From NCBI GenBank assembly GCA_963770565.1, contig CAVYQE010000011.1:672001-736000 (forward strand): DNA of 64,000 bases, in the 5' to 3' direction. Under the pieces are notes generated by a model. That model saw nothing but the letters and a program-made list of their open reading frames with translations, made no database searches and had not been told where the DNA came from. Of the stretch, positions 1-8,832 are shown in pieces. How positions within the stretch are numbered: the first letter of the stretch is position 1; each line of letters begins with the position of its first letter. The position numbers were made by a program, and so were the translations under genes. Source of the stretch: an uncultured Actinomycetota bacterium (GTDB lineage Bacteria > Actinomycetota > Actinomycetes > JAFAQI01).

Positions 1-1
1 G

Positions 2-367
2 GTCTACCCGCCGATCGACCCGTTGTCATCGCTGTCGCGGTTGATGCGCAGCGGTGCCGGTCCCGGGCGCACCCGCGAAGACCATCTCGAGTTGGCCGCG
101 CAGTTGCTCGCTGCGCTGGCTCGAGCCCGACAGGTCCAGGAGCTTGCGGAGATCATCGGGATCTCCGCGCTCAGCAGCGCCGACCAGCCCTACCTGGACT
201 TCGCCACCCAGTTCGAGCAGTTGCTCGTCAACCAGCGTCGCGGTGAGAAGCGCTCGATGGAGGAGACGCTCGACCGATGCTGGGACGCGGTCAACGTCCT
301 GCCGACCCGCGAGCTCACCATGCTTTCGAGCCGGTTCCTCGAGGCCCATCCTCGAGCGGAGGCATGA
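2..367 (+). CDS. ntpB: V/A-type ATP synthase subunit B, C-terminal part (5'-truncated by window)
   Basis: Frame reads VYPPIDPLSSLSRLM...GPGRTREDH...ELAEIIG..AL..D..YL.F...FE, the typical V/A-ATPase B C-terminus; followed by a subunit D gene. Confidence 0.9.
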   Translation, partial: VYPPIDPLSSLSRLMRSGAGPGRTREDHLELAAQLLAALARARQVQELAEIIGISALSSADQPYLDFATQFEQLLVNQRRGEKRSMEETLDRCWDAVNVLPTRELTMLSSRFLEAHPRAEA

Positions 368-371
368 GCCG

Positions 372-980
372 ATGCCCGTCGCCAGGAGGATTCCACCGGG
401 TCGGGCCGGGCGGATGTGGTTGCGCGGCCGGCTGGACACCGCGACTCGCGGGCGTGACCAGCTGGACCGCAAGCTCCGCATCCTGATCTCGGAGCAGGAG
501 CGCCTGCAGGCCCGCGCGCAGGAGCGCCAGCAGGCGTGGACCAGTTCGTGCGCCGAGGCGCAGACCTGGTTGCTGCGCGTGACGCTCCTCGGCGGGCAGG
601 ATGCGGTACGCAATGCGACTCCGCTCGAACCGGCGCAGGTGCAGCTGTCCTGGGCGTCCACGATGGGACTGAGGTATCCGGACGATGCCGACCTCTCCGA
701 TGGCCCGGCGCGGTCGGTCTCGGGCAACTCGGCAATCGTTCCGGCGGTCGCCGCTTTCGGCGCCGCACTTCTGGCCGCAGCCCAGGTAGCGGTCGCCCAG
801 GAGGCCTTGCGCCTGGTCGAGGCCGAGGTCGCGGTGACCCGCCGCCGGTTGCGAGCGCTGGACAAGCGGTGGTTGCCCTGGCTACGAGCGCAGCTCGCGT
901 CCCTGGAGCTGACCCTCGATCAGGCCGAGCAGGAGGACGGGATGCGATTGCGCCGCGCGATTGACAGCTCGCCCGGCTAG
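372..980 (+). CDS. ntpD: V/A-type ATP synthase subunit D
   Basis: PPGRAGRMWLRGRL..A.RG...LDRK and TRRRLRALDKRWLP...L.Q.EQED coiled-coil signature; directly after subunit B. Confidence 0.85.
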   Translation: MPVARRIPPGRAGRMWLRGRLDTATRGRDQLDRKLRILISEQERLQARAQERQQAWTSSCAEAQTWLLRVTLLGGQDAVRNATPLEPAQVQLSWASTMGLRYPDDADLSDGPARSVSGNSAIVPAVAAFGAALLAAAQVAVAQEALRLVEAEVAVTRRRLRALDKRWLPWLRAQLASLELTLDQAEQEDGMRLRRAIDSSPG

Positions 981-1801
981 TGCCTTCGCCGCCGGCGTAC
1001 GAGTGACTCGCCCGGGCGCCAGCGGAATGTTAAGCCGATCACTACGGCGGATCCGAGTGCCCAGAAGCCAAGCACCGCAAGCTGTCCGTGGGTGAGAACT
1101 GGACCGGTCGGGTCAGGTCGAAAAAGATGCTCCGCCGCGATGGCGATTGACCGGACCGGGAGCGCAGCCGCGGCATGGCGGAGCCAGTCCGGCGAGCTCG
1201 TCGCGGGGAAGAAGACGTTGGAGATGAACGCAACCGGCAAGAGCGTTCCGTACGAGATTGCCAGCGCCGACTCCGCGTCCGAGACAAGTGTTCCGACGGC
1301 CAGTCCGACCAATGCGAAGCACACCATGCCGAGGGCGCACACCCCGATCAGATCCGGCACGACGCTGGCGTTGAATCGCGCATGCAGCAGCGTGGTGCCG
1401 AGGACGACAACCGCGGCGGCAGACGCCGCTCCCATCGCGATCGCCGCAACGATCCGTCCGGCAAAGTACGCCCACGACGGGAGCGGGGTGCTCCGGAAGC
1501 GCTTGAGTACGCCGTTCTCGCGAGCGGCAACGACCGAGGTCACGACGTTCACGTAGGAGGCGTTCAGCAAGCCGAAGACCGCCATCGCGGGCGTGAGGAA
1601 GTCGGCGTACTTCTGGCCGTTCAGGTCGCGGGGCGGGAAGCTCGGGCCGACCAGATCGAGAGCGACCAGAAGCATGAGCGGAATCACCAGAATGGTGAAT
1701 GTGCTCATACGGTTCCGCAACAGCAGTCGCAGCTGGTATCGGGTCTGCGCGCCCGCGAGCACGATCGTCGGTCGACGACGGTGCTGAACCGGAGCGGTCA
1801 T
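977..1801 (-). CDS. ABC-2 type exporter permease
   Basis: About 6 hydrophobic helices, RENGVLKRFRSTPLP motif, FISNVFFP; 4-nt overlap with ATPase gene. Confidence 0.9.
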   Translation of the reverse strand: MTAPVQHRRRPTIVLAGAQTRYQLRLLLRNRMSTFTILVIPLMLLVALDLVGPSFPPRDLNGQKYADFLTPAMAVFGLLNASYVNVVTSVVAARENGVLKRFRSTPLPSWAYFAGRIVAAIAMGAASAAAVVVLGTTLLHARFNASVVPDLIGVCALGMVCFALVGLAVGTLVSDAESALAISYGTLLPVAFISNVFFPATSSPDWLRHAAAALPVRSIAIAAEHLFRPDPTGPVLTHGQLAVLGFWALGSAVVIGLTFRWRPGESLVRRRRRH

Positions 1802-2769
1802 TGCGCTGTCCCCGTGACGGGTGGGTTGACGGTGGTGAGGTGAAGGTAGGCGTCTTCCAGCGACGGCCGGGTGACGGTAAGTCCGATGAGCTCTTCGCCG
1901 CGGTCATGTGCCCACGCAGTAACCGCGGCCAGGGTTTCGGTCGGCTTGGCGGTCGTGATCCGGACCTCGTGTGCGTCGGTCACCGTCATGGTCCATGGAC
2001 CGGCCTGGAGCTCGCCGTGCCATCCCGGGTACGGCTCCTGGAAGGAGATGATCGCCTCGCCGGCGTCTCGGCCGCCCAGCTCGTTGGGGGTTGACTCCGC
2101 GACGACCCGCCCTTTGCTCATGACGGCGACTCGGTCGGCGAGGTGTTGCACCTCGTCCATGTAGTGACTCGTCAAGAGGATCGTCTTGCCCAGCCGGCGC
2201 AGTTCGGCGACGAGCTCCCAGGCCTGATGGCGGGCACTGGGGTCGAAGCCGGTGGTCGGCTCGTCGAGGAAGATCACTTCGGGATCGCCCACGAGCGCAA
2301 GGGCGAGGTCGAGCCGGCGAAGCTGACCGCCGGACAGCCAGCGAACATGCTGGCGCGCCTGTCGCGAGAGGCCGACCAGCGTCATGACCTCGTCGACCTC
2401 GCGCCGCCTCGGATACAAGTCGGCAAACAATGCGACTGTCTCGCGAACGGTCAGGTCGCCGTCGATCCCGCCGGACTGAAGCACAACGCCGATGCGTTCG
2501 CGGAATCTCCGGTTCGCCCGCCAGGGGTCGACGCCCAGCACCCGAACGCTTCCAGAGTCAGGCTGGCGATGGCCTTCGAGAATCTCGACGGTCGTCGTCT
2601 TGCCCGCGCCGTTGGGTCCGAGGAGGGCAAAGACCTCACCGGTCAGGACCGTCAGCGACAGACCTCCGACCGCAACCAGGCCGCCGTACGTCTTATGGAC
2701 ATCGGACGCCTCAATCGCGGGAATCGGCTCGTTCGAGCGGGTCCCGCCGACTCGATCAGAGGGTTGCAT
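1798..2769 (-). CDS. ABC exporter ATP-binding protein (DrrA/CcmA-like)
   Basis: Walker A GPNGAGKTT, signature LSGGQ, Walker B IFLDEPT, H-loop SHYMDE. Confidence 0.95.
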   Translation of the reverse strand: MQPSDRVGGTRSNEPIPAIEASDVHKTYGGLVAVGGLSLTVLTGEVFALLGPNGAGKTTTVEILEGHRQPDSGSVRVLGVDPWRANRRFRERIGVVLQSGGIDGDLTVRETVALFADLYPRRREVDEVMTLVGLSRQARQHVRWLSGGQLRRLDLALALVGDPEVIFLDEPTTGFDPSARHQAWELVAELRRLGKTILLTSHYMDEVQHLADRVAVMSKGRVVAESTPNELGGRDAGEAIISFQEPYPGWHGELQAGPWTMTVTDAHEVRITTAKPTETLAAVTAWAHDRGEELIGLTVTRPSLEDAYLHLTTVNPPVTGTAQ

Positions 2770-2790
2770 AGCGTGATTTGCGGGCCGCTA

Positions 2791-3913
2791 GTGTCGCGCG
2801 TCATTAGTTCCTTTACATTGGGGTGAGTTCGCGTCATGCTGTGGCATGGCGCTGTTGACTGCAGGTGTGCAGATCCCTGAGGCGGACCGGGCGACGCTTC
2901 AGAGCTGGTCTCGGTCGACGTCGATCAAGGCCGGGCTGGTGACTCGGGCCAGGATCGTCCTTGCTGCCGGTGACGGCTTGGGCACGACCTCGATCGCTTC
3001 GAAGCTTGGGGTGTCCAGGCCGACGGTGATCCAGTGGCGTGAGCGGTATGCCGCCGAAGGCTTGGCCGGGCTGCAGGACGATCCGCGGTCGGGTCGGCCG
3101 AAGACGGTCGACGACGCGGCGATCCTGGCGATGACGCTCGACCCGCCGCCGGAGCGCCTTGGGGTGACGCACTGGTCCACCCGCCTGCTGGCGGCGGAGC
3201 TGAAGGTCGGCGATGCGACCGTGGCGCGGACGTGGCGCAAGTACTGCGTGCAGCCGTGGCGGCGCGGGACGTTCAAGTTCAGCACCGACCCTGAGTTGGT
3301 GGCGAAGGTCCACGACGTCGTCGGCCTCTACCTGAACCCGCCGGAGAAGGCAGTCGTGCTCTGCGTCGATGAGAAGAGCCAGATCCAGGCACTCGATCGG
3401 ACCGCCCCGATCCTGCCGATGCGCCCAGGGCTGCCGGAGAAGGCCACCCACGACTACAAGCGCAACGGCACCGCGACCTTGTTCGCCGCTCTAGAAGTCG
3501 CGACCGGCAAGGTCACCGACGCCGTCTATGAACGGCACGGAAAAGCCGAGTTCCTCGCGTTCATGAAGCAGGTCGCGAAGGCCTACCCGCGACGTGAGCT
3601 CCACGTCGTGCTGGACAACTACCACACCCACAAGCACACCGAAGTCCAAGCCTGGCTAGCGAAGAACCCTCGCGTCACCTTGCACTTCACACCCACATCG
3701 GGGTCGTGGATGAACATGGTCGAGATCTTTTTCGGGATCATCACCCGCCAAGCGATCCGGCGCGGCAGCTTCGCCAACGTCAAAGAACTCATGGTCGCGA
3801 TCAGCCGCTTCATCGACGGCTGGAACAACCGCTGCCACCCATTCACCTGGACAAAAACGGCGGACGAGATCCTGCCTCACGCCACCCGTCAAGCAACTTC
3901 AGACGCGCGACAC
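2791..3913 (+). mobile_element. IS630-family insertion sequence, complete
   Basis: Terminal IRs GTGTCGCGCGTC (2791-2802) and GACGCGCGACAC (3902-3913), extending to 16/19 identity; flanked by TA at 2789-2790 and 3914-3915 in CTAG context. Confidence 0.95.
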
Positions 3914-3916
3914 TAG
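2846..3916 (+). CDS. IS630 family transposase
   Basis: N-terminal HTH (RSGRP, THWSTR), DDE motifs VDEKSQIQ / VLDNY / SWMNMVE; stop codon formed by right end plus target TA. Confidence 0.95.
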   Translation: MALLTAGVQIPEADRATLQSWSRSTSIKAGLVTRARIVLAAGDGLGTTSIASKLGVSRPTVIQWRERYAAEGLAGLQDDPRSGRPKTVDDAAILAMTLDPPPERLGVTHWSTRLLAAELKVGDATVARTWRKYCVQPWRRGTFKFSTDPELVAKVHDVVGLYLNPPEKAVVLCVDEKSQIQALDRTAPILPMRPGLPEKATHDYKRNGTATLFAALEVATGKVTDAVYERHGKAEFLAFMKQVAKAYPRRELHVVLDNYHTHKHTEVQAWLAKNPRVTLHFTPTSGSWMNMVEIFFGIITRQAIRRGSFANVKELMVAISRFIDGWNNRCHPFTWTKTADEILPHATRQATSDARH

Positions 3917-4108
3917 TTGTGCCCGGGCGGCTCGCTCGGTCGCGACGATGAGATCGTCCTGCACTCCCATCGCGAGCAGCCGCCAACGAGCGCGCAGCAC
4001 GCATTGCGTGACGAGCTTCGCGGATGCGACGTCGGAGTATTCCGCGATGAGGTCCTCGACGAGGTGTGCGAGATCCTCGTTCAGCGGTGGAGCAGTCGGC
4101 GAGATCAT
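3899..4108 (-). CDS. Small helical protein (paralog of 21431-21658), C-terminus altered by IS630 insertion
   Basis: MISPTAPPLNEDLAHLVEDLIAEY...CVLRARWRLLAMGVQDDLIVATERAARAQL aligns by eye with 21431-21658. Confidence 0.7.
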   Translation of the reverse strand: MISPTAPPLNEDLAHLVEDLIAEYSDVASAKLVTQCVLRARWRLLAMGVQDDLIVATERAARAQLVSRV

Positions 4109-4166
4109 GGCCAGCCTTTGGTCGGGATGGTGATCCCACGTTTCCATCGGCGGCGGTTGGCTCACA

Positions 4167-4180
4167 GGGGCGAAAGTCCC
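4167..4180. promoter_or_regulatory. DosR/DevR-like box
   Basis: GGGGCGAAAGTCCC (rc GGGACTTTCGCCCC), ~60 bp upstream of 4108 start. Confidence 0.7.
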
Positions 4181-4231
4181 GACGCCGCACCGCCAATCGC
4201 CCTTCCACACGGGACCGGATGCGGCCCGCTC

Positions 4232-5128
4232 TCACGGGCTGCTGGGGAACTTCTCCAAGATCGCGCGAAGTCGCGCAGCGAACCGAATCGACTCGTCGTG
4301 CTCGCGTTGCCACACGTTGCGGCCGAAGATCAGCCCGGTCGCGCCTGCCTGGGCGGACTCCTCGGCCTTCGTGATCATGGCGTCGTCGCCGGCCTTTTCG
4401 CCACCTGAGATCAGGACGAGCGCATGGCCCGCCGACCGCACCACGGCATCGATCGCCTGTTGTGCGGAGAAGTCCTGGTCATAAGGCGCCGGCACGCTGG
4501 TTTTCTTGGTCGGGTTCGGGAAGTTGACCTTCACGACGTCGGCCCCGAGCTCACTGGCAACGCGCGCGGCATAGTCCACTGCGTAGAACGAGTTGTTGCC
4601 GCCCTTTCCGTCGATCGCACTTCCACGCGGGTACGACCAGACGACGAGCGGCATCCCCAACCGCTCGGCGTCGATCCGCACGCTGCGCAGCTGGTTGAAG
4701 TCGTGCTCCTGCGCCGGGCTTCCCACGTAGAGCGTGTAGCCCACCGCGTCCGCGCCGAGCCGGACCGCGTCCTCGACCGTGCCGTTGAGCGGCGACAGCG
4801 CCTCAGCGGACGAGGGGATCTCGGTCTTGCCATTGAGCTTGAGAATCAGCGGGACCTGCCCGGCGAACTCCCAGTAGAACTTCTCGGCGAGGCCGATCTG
4901 GATCGCAATCCCGTTGAATCCACCTTCCAGCGCGAGCTGGATGATGTAGCGCGGGTCACCGGCATCTGGGTTGGGCGCAAAGTCCCTCGGGCCGTGCTCG
5001 AGTCCCTGGTCGTAAGGAAGGAAAAGCGCGGTGCCGTTCCGCAGCCCGTGATCGAACAGGATGCGGTGCAGGCGGGCCTTCTTGCCTGTGGTCAGGCCGC
5101 GCTTGTGAAGCGGAAGTCGCTCAGTCAT
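4232..5128 (-). CDS. Class I (DhnA/FbaB-type) fructose-bisphosphate aldolase
   Basis: PYDQGLEHGP, AVRLGADAVGYTLYVGS, ELGADVVK, FGRNVWQ; downstream of gap. Confidence 0.9.
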   Translation of the reverse strand: MTERLPLHKRGLTTGKKARLHRILFDHGLRNGTALFLPYDQGLEHGPRDFAPNPDAGDPRYIIQLALEGGFNGIAIQIGLAEKFYWEFAGQVPLILKLNGKTEIPSSAEALSPLNGTVEDAVRLGADAVGYTLYVGSPAQEHDFNQLRSVRIDAERLGMPLVVWSYPRGSAIDGKGGNNSFYAVDYAARVASELGADVVKVNFPNPTKKTSVPAPYDQDFSAQQAIDAVVRSAGHALVLISGGEKAGDDAMITKAEESAQAGATGLIFGRNVWQREHDESIRFAARLRAILEKFPSSP

Positions 5129-5159
5129 GGCTGGCTCCGATCGTGGTGACGTGACTCGG

Positions 5160-6167
5160 CTACGCGGTAAGGCTTGCACCCACCAGGCGGCACAAGTCCG
5201 CGAGGCGGCAGGTGTAGCCGAACTCGTTGTCGTACCAGCCGAAGATCTTGACCAGCTCGCCGTTGACCTGGGTCAGCGGGGCGTCGTACACGCACGACGC
5301 CGGATCACCGATGATGTCGCGCGAGACGATCGGATCGGTGTTGTAGCGCAGGATCCCGGCCAGCGGTCCCTCGGCCGCGGCCCGGAAGGCCTCGTTGACC
5401 TCGTCGACGGTCGTCTCGCGCGAGACGATCGAGGTGAGATCCGTGAGCGAGCCGTCGTCAACCGGCACCCGGACTGCGATGCCATCGAGCCGGCCGACCA
5501 TGTCCTCGATCACCAGGCCACTCGTTCGAGCCGCGCCCGTCGATGTCGGGATGATGTTGACGCCGGCCGTCCGGCCTCGGTGCAGGTCCTTGTGCGGGGA
5601 GTCGAGGACGACCTGATCGTTGGTGTAGCCGTGGATCGTTGTCATGAAGCCCTTGACCAGCCCGAACGAGTCGTGCAGGACCTTCACCAGCGGTACGACG
5701 CAGTTCGTCGTGCAGGAAGCGTTCGAGATGATGTCGTGGACCGCGGGGTCGTAGTTGCCGTCGTTGACTCCCATCACGACCGTCAGGTCGACGACGCCCT
5801 TGCCGGGTGCGGAGATCAGCACCTTCTTGGCACCGGCCTTCAGGTGCAGCGCGGCATCGTCACGGCTGCGGAACTTGCCGGTCGACTCGATCACGATGTC
5901 GGCGCCGAGGGTGCCCCAGTCCAGCTTGGCCGGGTCCCGCTCGGCGGTGACGACGATGCGGCGCCCGTCGACGCTGATCGAGGTGTCGTCGTGCTCAACC
6001 GTGCGCCCGAAGCGCCCGTAGGTCGAGTCGTAGCGCAGGAGGTGAGCCAGCGTCGCCGTGTCGGTCAGGTCGTTGATCGCGACGATCTCGAGATCGGTCT
6101 CATCGGCCATCCGCAGCAAGCTCCGGCCGATCCGGCCGAATCCGTTGATGCCGATGCTGGTGCTCAT
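5160..6167 (-). CDS. gap: Type I glyceraldehyde-3-phosphate dehydrogenase
   Basis: GINGFGRIGR, SNASCTTNC, STGAA, WYDNE; RBS GGAGGA. Confidence 0.98.
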   Translation of the reverse strand: MSTSIGINGFGRIGRSLLRMADETDLEIVAINDLTDTATLAHLLRYDSTYGRFGRTVEHDDTSISVDGRRIVVTAERDPAKLDWGTLGADIVIESTGKFRSRDDAALHLKAGAKKVLISAPGKGVVDLTVVMGVNDGNYDPAVHDIISNASCTTNCVVPLVKVLHDSFGLVKGFMTTIHGYTNDQVVLDSPHKDLHRGRTAGVNIIPTSTGAARTSGLVIEDMVGRLDGIAVRVPVDDGSLTDLTSIVSRETTVDEVNEAFRAAAEGPLAGILRYNTDPIVSRDIIGDPASCVYDAPLTQVNGELVKIFGWYDNEFGYTCRLADLCRLVGASLTA

Positions 6168-6225
6168 GGTGTCCTCCGTGAAGTCGATGTAAGTCCAGGC
6201 TGTGTCAACAACCGTCGGGGGACTA

Positions 6226-6239
6226 GGGGCAAAGGTCCT
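6226..6239. promoter_or_regulatory. DosR/DevR-like box upstream of gap
   Basis: GGGGCAAAGGTCCT (rc AGGACCTTTGCCCC). Confidence 0.55.
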
Positions 6240-6296
6240 GCGATCGGCCGAGTCGGTCCCGAGATCCGGTCGTTGCGATCCGCGAGCAGCGAGCGG

Positions 6297-7079
6297 TCAG
6301 GCGATGGCGGGTGAGCGGTCCGCGACGCGACCACTCGTCGTACCGGTGGTCATGTATTCGACCACGCTCTGCCGGTCGAACTCGGCGGCCGGGCCGCTCG
6401 CGACCAGGTGCCCGAGCTGAAGCACCGCGATCCGGCCGGCGACCTCGAACACGTCGTTGAGGTTGTGCGAGATGACGATGACGGCGATGCCTTGCGAAGC
6501 CAGCCGCTTGATCAGGTCGAGGACCATCCGGGTCTGGGTCACGCCGAGCGCGGCGGTCGGCTCGTCCATAATCACGAGCCGGGAGTTCCACATCAGGGTC
6601 TTCGCGACGGCAACGGCCTGCCGCTGCCCGCCGGAGAGCGATCCGACGTGCTGCCGGATCGAGCGGACTGAGGTTACTGAGAGTCGATCAAGGGCGTTGG
6701 CCGCCGAGCGCTCCATCTTGTCTTCGTCCAACAGGAGGTGATGGCGGAGCTGCTCGCGGCCGAGGAAGAGGTTCTGGACGATGTCGAGGTTGTCGGACAG
6801 CGCCAGGTCCTGATACACGGTCTCGATGCCGAGCGTAGCCGCGTCCTTCGGGGAGCGCAGGTGGACCGGCTTGCCCTCCCAGAACATCTGGCCGCTGTCG
6901 GGGGCCCAGATGCCGGCAATGCACTTGATCAGCACCGACTTGCCCGCGCCGTTGTCGCCGGTAAGCGCCGTGACGACGCCGGCCGGAACGTCGAGAGTGA
7001 TGTCCTCGAGGGCACGCACCGGACCGAAGGACTTTCCGACGCCCTCTAGCCGCAACAGTGGAACCGGGCTCTCAGTCAT
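6297..7079 (-). CDS. Single-domain sugar (CUT2-type) ABC ATP-binding protein
   Basis: GDNGAGKS, GIETVYQDLAL, LSGGQRQ, MDEPTAALG, ISHN. Confidence 0.9.
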   Translation of the reverse strand: MTESPVPLLRLEGVGKSFGPVRALEDITLDVPAGVVTALTGDNGAGKSVLIKCIAGIWAPDSGQMFWEGKPVHLRSPKDAATLGIETVYQDLALSDNLDIVQNLFLGREQLRHHLLLDEDKMERSAANALDRLSVTSVRSIRQHVGSLSGGQRQAVAVAKTLMWNSRLVIMDEPTAALGVTQTRMVLDLIKRLASQGIAVIVISHNLNDVFEVAGRIAVLQLGHLVASGPAAEFDRQSVVEYMTTGTTSGRVADRSPAIA

Positions 7080-7148
7080 TCCTTCACCTCGGGCTTGCGC
7101 GATCCGTGCCGTCACCTCAAGTAGGTCACGATCACTAATCCCGGGCCA

Positions 7149-7162
7149 GGGCCGAAAGGCCC
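7149..7162. promoter_or_regulatory. DosR/DevR-like box
   Basis: GGGCCGAAAGGCCC palindrome upstream of 7079 start. Confidence 0.55.
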
Positions 7163-7203
7163 ACGCGGAGCAGGCAGTCGGACCTCAATGTCAGGCCGTC
7201 GGG

Positions 7204-8832
7204 TCAGGTCTGCTCGGGCACCATGTCGATCGCGCCGCAGGGACACTCGGCGACGCACAGCCCGCATCCCTTGCAGTGGTCGAAGTCGAAGGCGTACGAG
7301 CCGCTGCCGAGCTTGATGACGGCGTTGTCGGGGCAAACTCCGTAGCAGTTGTCGCAACCGAAACAGTTGCCGCATGACAGGCAGCGCCGGGCTTCGAACA
7401 AGGCAGTGGACTCGTCGAGACCGGCGTCGATCTCGTCGAAGGTCGATGCCCGGCGGGCCGCCTCGAGCTGTGCCTGCACCGACGGCGGTGCATCGGAGTA
7501 GTACCAGGTGTTGAGCCGGTCACTCGTCGCGAGCGCAGGTCGCGTGGGCGCCGCCCACTGCTCGTTGCGCAGCCAGGCATCGATGTTGCGGGCCGCTCGC
7601 TTGCCATGACCGATTGCCGTGGTCGCAGTTCGGTGTCCGGCGGTCATGTCGCCGCCGGCGAAGATCCCGGTGTGACCGGTCATCTGGTCCGAGCCGACCA
7701 TCACCGCGCCATCGCGGACCTCGATGCCCGTGACCTGGTCGAGAAGGCGAAGGTCGACGTCCTGTCCGAGCGCCAACACGACCGTGTCGGCATCGAGTTC
7801 CTCGAACTCGCCGGTCGGCTGCGGGAAGCCGCTCTCGTCGAGCTGCATCCGCTCGACCGTGACGTGTTCGCCGTCGGTCGCGGCGATCGTGGACAGCCAC
7901 TGGACTCGCACGCCTTCGGCGATCGCGGCCTCGAGGTCCTCAGAACGGGCCGGCATCTGCTCGCGGTTACGGCGGTAGACGATGACGGTGTCGGTGGCGC
8001 CCAGCCGCTTGGCGGTGCGGGCCGCGTCCATGGCGGTGTCGCCGCCGCCGTACACGATGACCCGGCGTCCGATGTTCGGCCGGTCGGCAGCGGCGTTGGT
8101 GTCGTGCAGCAGCGCGATCGCGTCGACGATCCGAGCCGAGTCGCCGGCGGGGATGTCGGCATGCTTGCTCACCTGCGCGCCGACCGCGAGCAGTACGGCG
8201 TCGGCGTTCTCGGCCTGCATGGTGGCGTCGAGGTCGTCCACCCGCGAGCCGGACCGGACCGTGATCCCCAGCGCGACCAGCCTGGCAATCTCGGCATCGA
8301 GAACGTTGCGAGGAAGGCGGTATTGCGGGATTCCGTAGCGCATCATTCCGCCGAGCTCGGGCTCGGCGTCGATGATCGTGACGTCGTGGCCGTAGCGCCG
8401 TAGCTGGTACGCCGCCGACAGACCGCACGGGCCGGAGCCGACGACGAGCACCCGCTTGCCGGTCGGCGCCGCGTCGACCGTGATCGACCAGCCGTTGGCG
8501 ATCGCCTGGTCACCGAGGAAGCGCTCGATCGAGTGGACCCCGACCGCCTCGTCGACCTGTGCACGATTGCACGCCGTCTCGCACGGGTGATAGCAGATCC
8601 GCCCCATCACCGCCGGCAACGGGTTGTCGACCATGATCTGCCGCCAGGCCTGCTCGTAGTCGGCCGATTCGGCGTGGTAGAGCCAGCCTTGGATGTTCTC
8701 CCCGGCCGGGCAGGCGTCGTTGCAGGGCGGCATCAGGTCGACGTACAGCGGCCGCTCGGTCCGCCACGTCCCAGTGAGGTTGGCTTTGCTGGTCGCGATG
8801 TCGAGCGTGATTGCGAAGGGCTTCTCGCTCAT
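7204..8832 (-). CDS. GltD/SudA-like FAD/NAD(P) oxidoreductase with C-terminal 2x[4Fe-4S] ferredoxin domain
   Basis: PPCNDACP...GRICYHPCETAC, GSGPCGLSAA, GGGDTAMD, CLSCGNCFGCDNCYGVCP, CKGCGLCVAECP; ATGA overlap with porB. Confidence 0.9.
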   Translation of the reverse strand: MSEKPFAITLDIATSKANLTGTWRTERPLYVDLMPPCNDACPAGENIQGWLYHAESADYEQAWRQIMVDNPLPAVMGRICYHPCETACNRAQVDEAVGVHSIERFLGDQAIANGWSITVDAAPTGKRVLVVGSGPCGLSAAYQLRRYGHDVTIIDAEPELGGMMRYGIPQYRLPRNVLDAEIARLVALGITVRSGSRVDDLDATMQAENADAVLLAVGAQVSKHADIPAGDSARIVDAIALLHDTNAAADRPNIGRRVIVYGGGDTAMDAARTAKRLGATDTVIVYRRNREQMPARSEDLEAAIAEGVRVQWLSTIAATDGEHVTVERMQLDESGFPQPTGEFEELDADTVVLALGQDVDLRLLDQVTGIEVRDGAVMVGSDQMTGHTGIFAGGDMTAGHRTATTAIGHGKRAARNIDAWLRNEQWAAPTRPALATSDRLNTWYYSDAPPSVQAQLEAARRASTFDEIDAGLDESTALFEARRCLSCGNCFGCDNCYGVCPDNAVIKLGSGSYAFDFDHCKGCGLCVAECPCGAIDMVPEQT

